Source: Mustelus asterias
Lineage: Eukaryota
Direction: 5' to 3'
DNA: 64,000 nucleotides
NCBI RefSeq assembly: GCF_964213995.1
Contig: NC_135813.1
Coordinates: 61,256,001 to 61,320,000, forward strand
This document shows, piece by piece, positions 22,905 to 34,998 of the stretch. The position numbers and the translations under genes were made by a program. Each line of letters starts with the position of its first letter. Position 1 is the stretch's first letter. Below the pieces are notes generated by a model. The model did no database searches. It saw only the letters and a list, made by a program, of their open reading frames with translations, and had not been told where the DNA came from.

Positions 22905-23201
22905 GGATTGGATGCTGCACTTGGTTGAGGTCATTAGGTTACGCTGAGGCTTCATATGTTTCATATGAAGCAATTTTTAAAAGCGGCATCCCGGCCTTTT
23001 GGCTAAGATGCAAATGAGCTCAAGTCTTGGAGGAGGTGTTGCTTTGCTCCTCCAATCAACTTGGCTCATGTAGATCAGGCCCAGGACAGGGTGATTTGGT
23101 CGCTCGCCCTGTCTTGTCAGCCTGGATCTGAAATGTCTCAACTTGTTGAGACTCTGAATTGGATTTGATTTGATTGAATTGGAAAAGCATATAAAAAAAA
23201 A
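22844..23201 (+). mobile_element. U2 snRNA-headed structured retroposon (SINEU-like) with A tail and TSD
   Basis: U2 nt 18-55 at 22844-22881, U2 nt 17-38 at 22883-22904, U2 nt 4-27 (22/24) at 22986-23009; several hairpins; A run at 23193-23201; AAAGACTG direct repeat at 22838-22845 and 23199-23206. Confidence 0.7.
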
Positions 23202-26040
23202 GACTGTCCAATTAGTCTATTCGTCGTATATTTGCTTTCGCTTTTCCAAAGGTTATCTACTTTCTTTTTAAGCATTGCCATGTTTAAGTTGGCCACGCTC
23301 TTATAGCTAAGATAACACATTCCTAACGGCCCCTTTGGTAATGTGAATATCATTTCTATCTCCTCGTTCTTCTAGAAATTATGTTCAATTTATTGTCTCT
23401 TGCTTTCGTCTTGCTGCGACAGACTGACTTCTAATTAAAAACAAGATCTGCAAAGCATTCCCTTGGTTTCTAGTGGAACTACATAATTTCATGTTCTGTT
23501 CTAATTAAAATATCAAAGTACTGGTGCAAATTTAATAAATTGCCTCTGCGCCCTCTCCAAGTCCTGGACTGTAACATATGGCGCAGGTTCATGGCTATCG
23601 CCGAAATATTATTCGGTACTGATTCAGAAGTTCTAAATCAATACATTGAAAGGCAATACTCCTGATGTACTCTAATTCAATCCACCACGCCAGTGATTGT
23701 AAAGTACATTTTTGTCATTTTTAAGTTACGCTGCACTCATGAAATTTGAGGATTTGAAGAGGCAAATGCCAGTGGTTGTGCTATAACCGGGAGATACTCG
23801 GGCAGGGTTATTTTCCAGTCAGCGATTTTCCACTGTAATAATCAAAGCAAATCAAAAACTTAATATTTGGGAATAATCCCAAGGATCTAACTTTCTGCAC
23901 CTGAAGAGAAGAGAATGCATTGCGATGAACTACAATTGGCTATGATTAGACAGGATAGAATTGAAGCAACCAAGGACAGACCCACCCAGCTGTATGATGG
24001 TACAAATGTGTTGGAGGAGGAGGATGTGGACAACCATTCCAAAGGCGACAGGTAAGTGAAGAAGGGTGTGATGAAATTGTTTACCTATGACATAATCACA
24101 TGGGAATACCTTCGAGAATTTGATAATGGATCTGAAAGAAATATTGATGTCAGCGGAAACAGTGAGGCTTTCAATGCCGATACTTTGTGGGACGAATGTT
24201 GAATGGGTCAAATGTAACATTGAGAAAGATGTGGAAAACTAAAAAGTGAACTTTCCCCGGGATATATTATTCCATGAATCGTTGTACGAAATTCCGTTCC
24301 CTGTCATTTCATGCAATTGCTTACAAATTGATAGCATACAATTTACACATGATTTTAGCACGTGTTCTTTGAAGAAATGAAGAATCTAAACTTTCGTCGC
24401 GCAGTTGAAGAGTGCAGCAAACAGCCAAACATAAATTCAGTCAGTGTGCCAAGGTAACTGCATAACCCGAGAACATACCATTTCCCTTCCAAATACATAG
24501 ACTCAGAAAGATATAGCACATAATAACCATTTTCCGCCCACCCTGCTTCTGCCGACAGCATGAAGGAGATATCGAATTAGAGCCACAAAGGCCAGCTTTA
24601 CTCCACGTAGCCCTACGTACTTCCCATCTTCAAATACTTGTCCAAATTGCCTTTGGAATGCTATTTTGAAACTTCTCACCATTTCAGGCATTGAGTTCCA
24701 CTTGGCAACCATTCGACTTGTAGTTATTTTCTCCTCTTATCGCCTCGAGTTCTTTTGCTGAATTACTCTGGTTACGTGCCGCTGACGCACGTTTCGTCTT
24801 ATTGCTCAAGTTCCTTCAAGAGCATTGCTGTCAAATCTGCACTTAACCACTCTCCTCTTGTCTCTCCAGATAACTGAGCTTTTTTCTCCCTGTTGCAAGG
24901 GCACAGGAGAGAGTTTGTGCCCATTGGTGCTTATCCTTTTTTCAGGCCTCTTATCCTGCCGTCTCTCCTCACCCCCTAACCCTCCTCCTTAACCGCACAT
25001 GGTATCCACAGTCTCCACTCTCAGCAACCGCATTGGCCTCTCACACCGTTGGACAGCCCCGGTTCCCTCTGCTCTCCGTATTCTTCCTCTTCCTTATCTC
25101 TTTTTCGTGCCCGCTCCTCTGCCCCTCGCAGGACCCGATGCGTTCTGACTCTGCTCGCCCCTGAATGTCCCAGCGTCAAGTCGAAGCGCGCTCCCTGTAA
25201 GTTTATAGCCATCACTGGGGCTGGCGCGCCAGCACATGTGCACGCGCATAACTGTTCAAAGGTGAGAGGGAATTTGGAACAGGAGGCGGGTATCACTAAA
25301 TGCTCATGTTTGCAGCGAGCCGTTTCTCTCCTCCTCCCCGTGGAGTCCCCGATGGGATGTGATCGGGATCTGTTGTTTGACGGGTGCGTGGCATTTGAGC
25401 AAGTCTCTGAATCTACCTGAACTCGAAACGGGTTTATTATTTCAAATATCTTTGGGATTCATCCAACAGTGTGCGAATGAAATCTTCCCCCACAGGCTGA
25501 AACCGATTCTGTGTTATCATTCTTTTTACAAGCATAATCTCACGTCTCTGATCTGATCCTCAAATCCTCATCCCCACGCCAGTTGCCACTATGTTTTGCA
25601 CCTTGTGCACCCACCCCTTCGCTCCCCCAAACCCACAAATTAGGGGCCTTCCCTATTGTCACCCCAGTAAATATCTTCACCGGCCTCTCCAAGCGTTTGC
25701 TTGACCAACTCGGCGTTGTCCAAAATTAAACAGAAAGCAGCAACTAAGTGTTATTGCCTAAAGGGCTATTTTCACTTGCTTGTTTTCGGACTCTTCATCT
25801 CGGTTACGCCATTACCTTTATTTCTCCCTTAGTTTTTTCTCATCTGAAATCGATCATTCATCGCTACTTCCTGTTTTCTGTCCCCTTAGCTATGTAGGCA
25901 AGCTGCAATCATTGACCCTGCAATGTACTAGGCTTCCATTGAGGTAACAAGTACATTAATTGTAATCCTATCAAACGACTTTTAAATCCAAATACACCAC
26001 ATCAAATGTACCACCCTCGTCTACTTCATCCTTTGTGTAA

Positions 26041-28420
26041 TAAGAACATAAGAACATAAGAAATAGGAGCAGGAGTAGGCCATCTTGCCCCTCGAGGCTG
26101 CCCCGCCATTCAACAAGATCTTGGCTGATCTGAAGTGAATCAGTTGCACTTACCCCCTGCTCCCCATAACCCTTAATTCCCCTACCGATCAGAAATCCAT
26201 CTATCCGTGACTTAAACATATTCAACGAGGTAGCCTCCACCACTTCAGTGGACAGAGAATTCCAGAGATTCACCACCCTCTGAGAGAAGAAGTTCCTCCT
26301 CAACTCTGTGCTACACTGACCCCCCTTTATTTTGAGGCTGTGCCCTCTAGTTCTGGTTTCCTTTCTAAGTGGAAAGAATCTCTCCACTTCTACCCTATCC
26401 AGCCCCTTCATTGTCTTATAAGCCTCTATAAGATTACCCCTCAGCCTTCTAAACTCCAACGAGTACAAACCTAATCTGCTCAATCTCTCTCATAATCTAC
26501 ACCCCTCATATCCAGTATCAACCTGGTAAACCTTCTCTGCACCCCCTCCAAGGCCAATATATCCTTCCGCAAATAAGGGAACCAAAACTGCACACAGTAT
26601 TCCAGCTGCGGCCTCACCAATGCCTTGTACAGATGCAGCAAGACTTCTCTGCTTTTATATTCCATCCCCCTCGCGATAAATGCCAACATCCCATTTGCCT
26701 TCTTGATCACCTCTTGTACTTGCAGACTGAGTTTTTGCGACTCATGCACAAGGAACCCAGGTCCCTTTGCAGAGTAGCATGTTGTAATTTTTTTCCATTT
26801 AAATAATAATCCAATTTGCTATTATTTCTTCCAAAGTGAATAACCTCGCATTTGCCAACGTTATACTCCACCTGCCAGATCCTCGCCCACGCACTCATCC
26901 TATTCAAATCTCTCTGCAGACCTTCCGCTTCCTCCACGCAATTCACTTTCCCACTTATCTTCGTGTCGTCAGCAAACTTTGTTACCCTACACTCAGTCCC
27001 CTCCTCCAGATCATCTATGTAAATAGTAAACAGTTGAGGCCCCAGGACCGATCCCTGTGGCATGTCACTAGTCACCATCTGCCAACCAGAAAAGCACCCA
27101 TTTATTCCAACTCTCCGCTTCCTGTTGGATAGCCAATCCCCAATCCACGCTAACACCCTCCCCCCAACTCTGTGTGCCCCAATCTTCTGCAGCAACCTTT
27201 TGTGAGGCACCTTATCGAATGCCTTTTGGAAATCCAAAAACACCACATCTACCGGTTCCCCTCTGTCAACCGCACTAGTCACATCTTCATAAAAATCCAG
27301 TAAGTTCGTCAAACACGACTTTCCTCTCATGAATCCATGCTGCGTCTGCTTGATGGAACCATTCTTATCCAGATGGCCTGCTATTTCTTCTTTAATGATG
27401 GATTCCAGCATTTTCCCAACTACAGACGTTAAGCAAACCGGCCTGTAGTGACCCGCCTTTTGTCTACTTCCTTTTTTAAACAGCGGCATAACAGTAGCCG
27501 TTTTCCAATCAGCTGGCACTACCCCAGAGTCCAGTGAATTTTGATAAATAACCACTAACACATCCGCTATTACCTCTGACATTTCTTTCAGTACCCTGGG
27601 ATGCATTCCAACCGGGCTCGGGAACTTGTCCATCTCAGTCCCGTTAGTCTACCAAGCACTGCCTCTCTAGTAACAATAATTGTATTGAGTGCCTCTCCTC
27701 CTACCAACACTCGATCGTTAATATTCGGTAAGCTATCTGTATCTTCCACCGTGAAGACCGACACAAAAAACCATTTCCTCGTTTTCCACTATTAAATCCC
27801 CCCTCTCGTCCTCCAAGGGTCCAACATTCACTCTAGCCACTCTATTCCTTTTTATATATCTGTAAAAACTTTTACTATTATTTTTTATGTTTAGAGCTAG
27901 TTTAGTTTCATAATCTATCTTTCCTTTATCGCTTCTGTAGTCACTTTTTGTTGTTTTTTAAAGCTTTCCCAATCTTCTAAGTCTCCACTATTTTTGGCCA
28001 CTCGATACGCATCGGTTTTTAATTTAATACTCTCCTTTATTTCCTTCGTTATCCACGGCTGGCTATCCCTTTTCTTACAGTCCTTCTTTATCACCGGAAT
28101 ATATATTTGCTGAGTACTGAAAAAGATCTCCTTAAAAATCCTCCATTGTTCCTCAGCTGTCCTACCTACAAGTCTGCTCTCCCAGTCCACCCAGCCAATT
28201 CAGCCCTCATCCTGTCGTACTCCCCTCTGTTCAAGCAGAGGACATTGGTTTGGGACCCTACTTTCTCCCCCTCCATCTGCACCAGAAATTCGACCATATT
28301 GTGATCACTCGACCCAAGAGGGTGCTTCACAAGAAGATCCTTAATTCTACTTGTCTCGTTACACATTACCACATGTAAGATAACTCGTTCTCTCGTTGGT
28401 TCTGCAACATACTGTTCAAT
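26041..28420 (-). mobile_element. CR1 LINE, 5'-truncated and frameshifted
   Basis: ORF2 fragments between 25971 and 28372 (SDHN, HYRPVCLTS, DFQKAFD, FADD); (taagaaca)n tail at 26041; inserted into an older CR1 remnant (25860-26040). Confidence 0.9.
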
Positions 28421-29579
28421 GAAACTTTCATTAAATAATCACTGGGAGCAAGATTTTCCTTCAACAATTCATTGCCGGCTTTCATTTCTTAATTCACATT
28501 TTGCCAAGTATCTGCATTTTCTGGCGGCTTGGTACGTCGGAAGTTTATTTCATCCAATGACGTGGCTGTCTGGCATATAAGTGGCAGAATTACTGAATTT
28601 CCTTTTTTGAACATGGATGCAATATTTGGGCAGTTCCCATTGACAATCCCATATCTAAGGTAGACTCGAAAACTGTTGCCAGGACCTCAATAATTTGAAC
28701 CCTTCCTCCTTGCAGCTAAATAGGATGCAAACCGTTTGAAACGGGCCAGATTTGTAGTTTGACCGCTACGATCATTTGTATGCAGCCTCTATATTATCCT
28801 GACTATTTCTGCATTTCATGCTTCTTTATTATGGCATTGAGCACACCTTCTTCCTTGCTGGGCGTCATAGCAATATAGGGGACGGTAAATTTGATTCTGA
28901 CTTTTCCCTTTTTTCTTCACTTTTGTATTATTCGCAATAAGGTGTACTTTTCGAAGGAGTGTTTTAAACTTTGGAGTGTTGCGACTTTAACTGATATACA
29001 TAAACAGGCTTCTTGGTAAGTTTAAATCAAAAGAAATTGACACATCACCCATATTGTGAAAGGAACGAATCATTTACTCCCTCAAAGGGCTAGACACATA
29101 TACATAAGAAAAGACGAAGGCTAGGGACATTACGTATCGAATAACAGGAAACAAATAACATATTTTTTGTCAGTCATTTAAGGTTATATCTTTGCAGATC
29201 TGAATGGTTTATTTCTCTTGACTCCCTGAAGATAGCTGGAGGTTGGCAGTTTCTTGGAGTTCATGAAAAGTTGCGGCTGACCTTATGTGGACAAGTAGAA
29301 TCTTGGAGGTGAGAATAAATTATCCTCTCCGCTCATTCCCTGAGTTGACTGTTTGATTGGACCGGGTTATTTTCGTCTTACTTGGGAGATAATCTTTCGT
29401 GGTCCTAAGCTGACGTGCTGGCCTTTCCTTGGAATAAGAAAGTTTGTTACCTCAAGCCAGTGTTTGTCATGTGACCAGAGAATTAATGCTCCCATTGTTC
29501 ACACAAATGATGCGATGGAATAGGGAATGAATCATGACCGTTGTGATAAAAATTGTTTCTTCATCCTCTCCCAGTTAGA

Positions 29580-30185
29580 TTTCAAGTTTGCAGGACTCGC
29601 CACACAAACCCAGAGGCTACAAGAGCAGGTCAGAGGCAAGGACTACTGCGGCGAATAACTGAACACCTGAATCCCCAAAGCCTGTCCACCATCGACAAGG
29701 CACAACTCAAGAGTGCGATGGAATACTCCCCATTTGCCTGGGTGAGTGCAGCTCAAACAACACACAAGAAGCTTCACACCACCCAGGACAAAGCAGCCCG
29801 CTTGACTGGCACCACATCCACAAACATCTACAAACATCGACTTCCCCCACCACTGACGCTCAGTAGCAGAATTGTATACTCTCTTCAAGATACACTGCAA
29901 CAATTCACCAATAATCTTTAGACAATACCTTCCAAACCATGAAAACATCCGTCCAGAAGGACAAGGGCAGCAAATACATGGTAATACCACCACCTGCATA
30001 TTCCTCTCCAACCCACTCACCATCCTGATTTGGAAAGATATCGCCGTTCCTTCGCAGGTGCTAGGTCAAGATCCCCCCATAACGGCATTGTGAATCAACC
30101 TACAGCACGTGGACTGCAGCTTTTCAAGAAGGTGCTCACCACCACCTTCTCAAGGGCAACGAGGGATGGGCAATAACTGCTGGCT
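29580..30185 (+). mobile_element. LINE 3' fragment (family of 14233-16850)
   Basis: ORF piece MEYSPFAWVSAAQTTHKKLHTTQDKAARL plus the family 3' UTR. Confidence 0.7.
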
Positions 30186-31193
30186 AGGACCAGATGGGTT
30201 TTTCCCGACAATCGACAATGGTTTCACTGTCATCAATAGATTCTTAACTCCAGATACTTTTTATTGAATTCAAATTCCACCACATTCCGTGGCGGGACTT
30301 GAACCCGTGTCCCCCAAACATTTGTCTGAACAGTATAGAACAGTGCTAAAAATAACAAATTAACAGGTTCGCATGATAAAAGGCCCTGATTAACACACAG
30401 CCTATAATAAGGAAGCAATTATAGATATGACAACGTCATATTAAACGTATTTCAAAAGGTTAGAACTTCCTTTGTAAGATAATCATGAACAACTTAAAGG
30501 AAAGATGACAATGGCCTATTATTATGTATTATACGTGATGTTAAGTAATGCATGCTTTAGACGATATATTTAGGATGAAGGCCAAACGTAAACAGGGAGT
30601 GTTAATTAATTGCAATGTAGAATGTGTCAACGTGTTAGGTGAAAAATTATACCTAACATGCATACAAATGTATTTTGAAAAGCACTGATATGTTTCACCG
30701 CAGTGTTTTCCAATCATTTACTTAAAATATATGTTTTTCACGTTCCTTTGTACACCAGCGAAATGTTCTCCAACATTGCCATCTATTGGTGCACTGGTAG
30801 ATGATACATGATATGACCATCTTCTTCCGGTTGATAGAAGAAAACCAAGTTATCTGCTGCTGAATGAAATTACCCATGCATAAACAACTGAGCTTGTGAA
30901 CGACTGGGCATTCAAGACAACAATCTATCTGATGAGTTGTTAAAGCATAATTGCACAATTTATATAATGCTTGTCAATGTAAAAATGTGCTACTTTAATG
31001 TACAGGCGCGTTATCATTGATTAATACATATATGCCAGATAAATCACTGCTTCCGGGATATATTCATTCAATGAAACATCGGGCACAGAAGTTAGACTAA
31101 CAGCCTTGACGTGATACCAAGATCATCAGAGAAGTATACTGGGAGTTTTTATCTGGGCTTCCACCAGTGCACCCAACGTGTGCGACGGTGCAG

Positions 31194-31397
31194 TGGGCAT
31201 GTATAGAATGGATGGGGAGCAGCTGTTCCAATTAGTTGAAGGGTCAGTCACGAGGAGACGTAGGTTCAAGGTGAGGGGCAGGAGGTTTAAGGGGATGTGA
31301 GGAAAACCTTCTTTACCCAGAGGGTGATGACGGTCTGGAATGCGCTGCCTGGGAGGATGGTAAAGGCTGGTTCCCTCACAACCTTTAAAGCTTCAAG
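31194..31397 (+). mobile_element. CR1 3' fragment
   Basis: Near-identical inverted partner at 32349-32530. Confidence 0.7.
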
Positions 31398-32234
31398 TCT
31401 ATGGGTCAACCCAAGTTCTTCGATGGAATATTGCAGCAGGGCAACCAACCAATCAGTTTCAGCCGGCTGTTAAAACGGCTCAGCAGTCGCTATTGTCCGT
31501 TTTATGCTATAATCCCAAGCCAATTTTACACTCGCATGGGTGTTTCCATCTGCCATCCTCCAAATTAACCACTGTGGAATGGGAGGAGCTCGAGGGATTT
31601 CGTCGTGCACACGAATTTTCTCGGTCTGATGATTGCAGAGGCGTTAGCTTGAATCCAGTGCAAGCAGCGTACGATGCAAAAGTGCATGGGAAATAGTGCA
31701 GTGTCTAACAAAAGCAGTTACAATTATATATCCAGCATGTATTGGAGGGTAACCAGTTAATGAGAAAGCAGTGCTTGATTTTCGAACGACTTCCTGGCAG
31801 GTCATATTGTTGCTCTTTTCTAACCATACATACAAAGAATTACGACGACGGGTGTTGTATCTGCAACAAATAGCGAGACCGGACAGCAGATGTGTACATT
31901 CAGGAACAAGAAAAACACAGAATTTCAAACTGGGGCCCTCCCAAAACTACCTGAGGAAAAGAGAGTCAAGGTGGCAGAGAATCAAGGTGTATTCGCCCGA
32001 AAAACTATGAAGATCAACAATTCCAGTCAGCCTGATAGGGATGCCAGTTACCAGCTGACTGAATATGGTACTGCCGCTGCGTACCTTCATTGTCCGACAG
32101 CAGAAAGCAAGGATCAGTGGGACATCTGCTATTGGATATATATGGAATCCATACTTAAGGACGTAGCCGCATAAAGTGTAGAAAATTTGAATAATATCAA
32201 GTGGAGTTACCAGTCCTTTATGAAAGGGAAATCG

Positions 32235-32635
32235 AATCACAGAATCATACATTGCAGAAGAGGCCATTCGGCCCATCGAGTCTACACCAGCACGCGGGAA
32301 ACACCTTATCTTCCACCTAATCCCATTTACCAGCACTTGAACCATCACCTTGAATGTTTAAAGCTTGTGAGGCAACTAACCTTTACCACCCTTCCAGGCA
32401 GCGAATTCCAGACTGTCACCATCTTCTGGGTACTCCCCCTAAACCTCCTGCCCCTCACCTTGAACCTATGTCTCCTCGACCCTTCAACTAATTGGAACAG
32501 CTGTTCCCCATCCATTCTATACATGCCCATCATAATCCTGTACCCTTTGGTCAATTCGCCCCTCAGTCTTCTTTGCCCCAACGAAAACGATCCAAGCCTA
32601 ACCAACCTCTCTTTATAACTTAAATGTTCCATGCC
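32235..32635 (-). mobile_element. CR1 3' fragment
   Basis: ORF piece LSYKERLVRLGSFSLGQRRLRGEL and a CR1 tail. Confidence 0.75.
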
Positions 32636-32819
32636 ACTCAGGACAATCACGCCAAAATCCGTTTGTTCCACAGAACTTCCTAGTGCCATGGTCAAATGGT
32701 CCCAATATGGTTCCCTTTGGAAACCCAATTGTGACATGAAGAGCTAAAATCTGCATTGGGGAGCGTTTAGATCAAACAATGTCTGAAGGGTGATTTTGCC
32801 CGGGGTAATAGTAGTTCCA

Positions 32820-33161
32820 GGGCGGCACGGTAGCACAGTGGTTAGCACTGCTGCTTCACAGCTCCAAGGTCCCGGGTTCGATTCCCGGCTCGGGTCACTG
32901 TCTGTGTGGAGTTTGCACATTCTCCTCGTGTCTGCGTGGGTTTCCTCCGGGTGCTCCGGTTTCCTCCCACAGTCCAAAGATGTGCAGGTTAGGTTGATTG
33001 GCCAGGTTATAAATTGCCCCTTAGAGTCCTGGGATGCGTAGGTTAGAGGGATTAGCGGGTAAATATGCGGGGGTAGGGCCTGGGTGGGATTGTGGTCGGT
33101 GCAGACTCGATGGGCCGAATGGCCTCCTTCTGCACTGTAGGGTTTCTATGATTCTATGATT
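32820..33161 (+). mobile_element. HE1-type V-SINE, full length
   Basis: tRNA-like boxes A/B, V domain (GTGGAGTTTGCACATTCTC..GGGTTTCCTCCGGGTGCTCCGGTTTCCTCCCAC), CR1-type tail (TTCTATGA)n, AGTAGTTC direct repeat on both sides. Confidence 0.85.
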
Positions 33162-33486
33162 CAGTAGTTCAAGCATTCAAATGATAACATACTGGAAAAC
33201 AAACCAGGCGCTAGGTTGGTGCTCTGCAAGAAGGAACAGACTGGGAAACTTTTCTCTGGAAAACAAAGAACTGTCGGTGGGTAATGGTGAGGCGGGGTAC
33301 GGGTGATGACCTAATATAGAGCTCCTAAACTAAAAACGAGTTTGATGGTATAGATTTCGATAAGATATTTTCATTTTCGTCTTTCTCCAAATACAGATTG
33401 TACAACTATTACATAGCCACGAATGAAGGCAGTAAAATATCCGAGAGGTTACTCTTGAAGCAGAGATGTGTAATTTGCCACTGCAT

Positions 33487-33845
33487 GGGCGATGGCTTAG
33501 TGGTATTATTGCTGGACTATTGATCCAGAAACTCAACTAATGATCTGAGGACCCGGTTCGAATCCCGCCATGGCAGCTGGTGGCGTTCGAATGCAATAAA
33601 AAAATAATCTGGAATTAAGAATCTCCTGATGGCCATCAAACCATTGTGGATTGTCGGAAAATCCATCAGGTTCACTAATGTCCTTTGGGAAAGGAAATCT
33701 GCCGTCCTTACCTGGTCTGGCCTACATGTGACTCCAGAGCCACAGCAATGTGGTTGGCTCTCAACTGCCCTTCGAGGACAACTAGGGATGGGCAATAAAT
33801 GCTGGCCAGCTAGGGACGCCCATGTCCCATGAATGAACAGAAAAA
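33487..33845 (+). mobile_element. tRNA-derived SINE (probable Meta-domain type), full length
   Basis: TGGCTTAGTGG box A, GGTTCGAATCC box B; same central domain and tail as 11952-12326. Confidence 0.78.
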
Positions 33846-34675
33846 GTGCTGTGGGTGAGGAGAACCAGAGGAAAATTTAATAAATGCAAGCGGGGGAAAC
33901 AGAAAAAAAAGGATTTGCAGATATAAGGAGATGTTGTAGGGTGAGAGGAGATTAGGTGGAGCAGCAAATCGGCAGAGTCCAATTGGAGGATGTTATGGCG
34001 ACCGCGAAGGCCGGAGGTCATCAATAGATCTCACCGTGGGCTTCGTGGAGTACGAACTGCCTTATTGAGGGAGCGGAAGCTTGCGCAATACGTACCAGGC
34101 AGCGGTGGGTTTTAAAGTGGTATCTTTACCCCGGACCGGTGCTTTTGGTCTCGGCGGAAACGACTTTATTGTAAGCCGCGGGAGCTGCCCTTTCCTTTAG
34201 TACACATTAAAGGGTGTTGATGACGGGAAACTGGCTTGTGCCTGAATTACGACACTGGGGATCCCCCTTTTTTCTGCTGAACTTTGTATGTCATAATCCA
34301 AAAAAAGTCTGTGGCCACTAGCGTTGTTAAATTCTCCCCACAATCTTCAAAACTGAGTTGCACTGGACGTGAAACGAAAACTGAAATGGAGCAAAATCTG
34401 ATCTTTGGTTTCAATCTAAATAAGAACATATAATCTGTCAGTTTCCCTTTTTCGAAATGCACGTACTCTCGGATTTTGCTCAATTCGTTTAATAGGTTTC
34501 TAGATCTACGGACTATGTGCGGTTAGTTAAGGCACTTTAAGAAGTTCTCATTGGACAACATTTTAATAGCGCAGTAAGATTTAAAAACTCGTCTAAAACG
34601 TAAATCTGTGAATTTCGGCTGTTTGCATGAAGTACGGAGTAGATCTTCTTACGCTATTTCTCCTTTTCTTTCCAG

Positions 34676-34998
34676 CGCCTCGGGCCCCCTCTGTCTCCGT
34701 CCTGCCGCCTTCATCGGATCAAGTCAAAGAAAATGACAAGGCCACCCTGGTCTGTTTTATTAACAGCTTCAACCTGGGAGTTGTGGAGGTTGAATGGTTT
34801 GTAGATGGCAGTGTCAGAGGGAATGGTGTTGAGACCAGTCGTGTACTGCAGGAGACGAACAGCACGTTCAGTGTGAGCAGTTATCTGACTCTGTCAGTCT
34901 CAGAATGGAACTCACATGAGCTTTACTCCTGTGTCGTTAAGCACCAGACCCTGGCAAACCCGTTTACAACAAACATACAGAGGTTTCGCTGTATCTGA
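34676..34998 (+). pseudogene. Orphan Ig light chain constant exon (open frame, probably non-functional)
   Basis: ccAG acceptor at 34674-34675; 323-nt C1 domain ending RFRCI*; FNP changed to FNL; polyA-equivalent site reads GATACA (35194-35199); J-C intron homology extends back only to about 32.7 kb and no V-J is seen. Confidence 0.8.

Noticed and set aside
23008-23015. ATGCAAAT octamer as a promoter for a missing V gene
   Set aside because: It lies inside the U2-derived element as a variant of U2 AAGATCAAGTG, and no leader exon follows.
22844-23040. Functional U2 snRNA gene
   Set aside because: The 5' end is missing, homology stops at nt 55, and there is no Sm site or 3' domain.
31538-31576. 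CACTGTG heptamer with a weak nonamer-like sequence 22-23 bp upstream (possible J-RSS)
   Set aside because: The nonamer is a poor match and no FGxG J segment or splice donor follows. Most other heptamers in the window lie in repeats, and none has a good nonamer.
32030-32095. Minus-strand CAGCTGGTAACTGGCA resembling the V FR2 start
   Set aside because: Lies in a degenerate plus-strand CR1 remnant, with no other V homology.
32820-32890. tRNA-like sequence (also at 33487-33570 and 11952-12035)
   Set aside because: SINE heads; no complete cloverleaf, and each continues into a SINE body.
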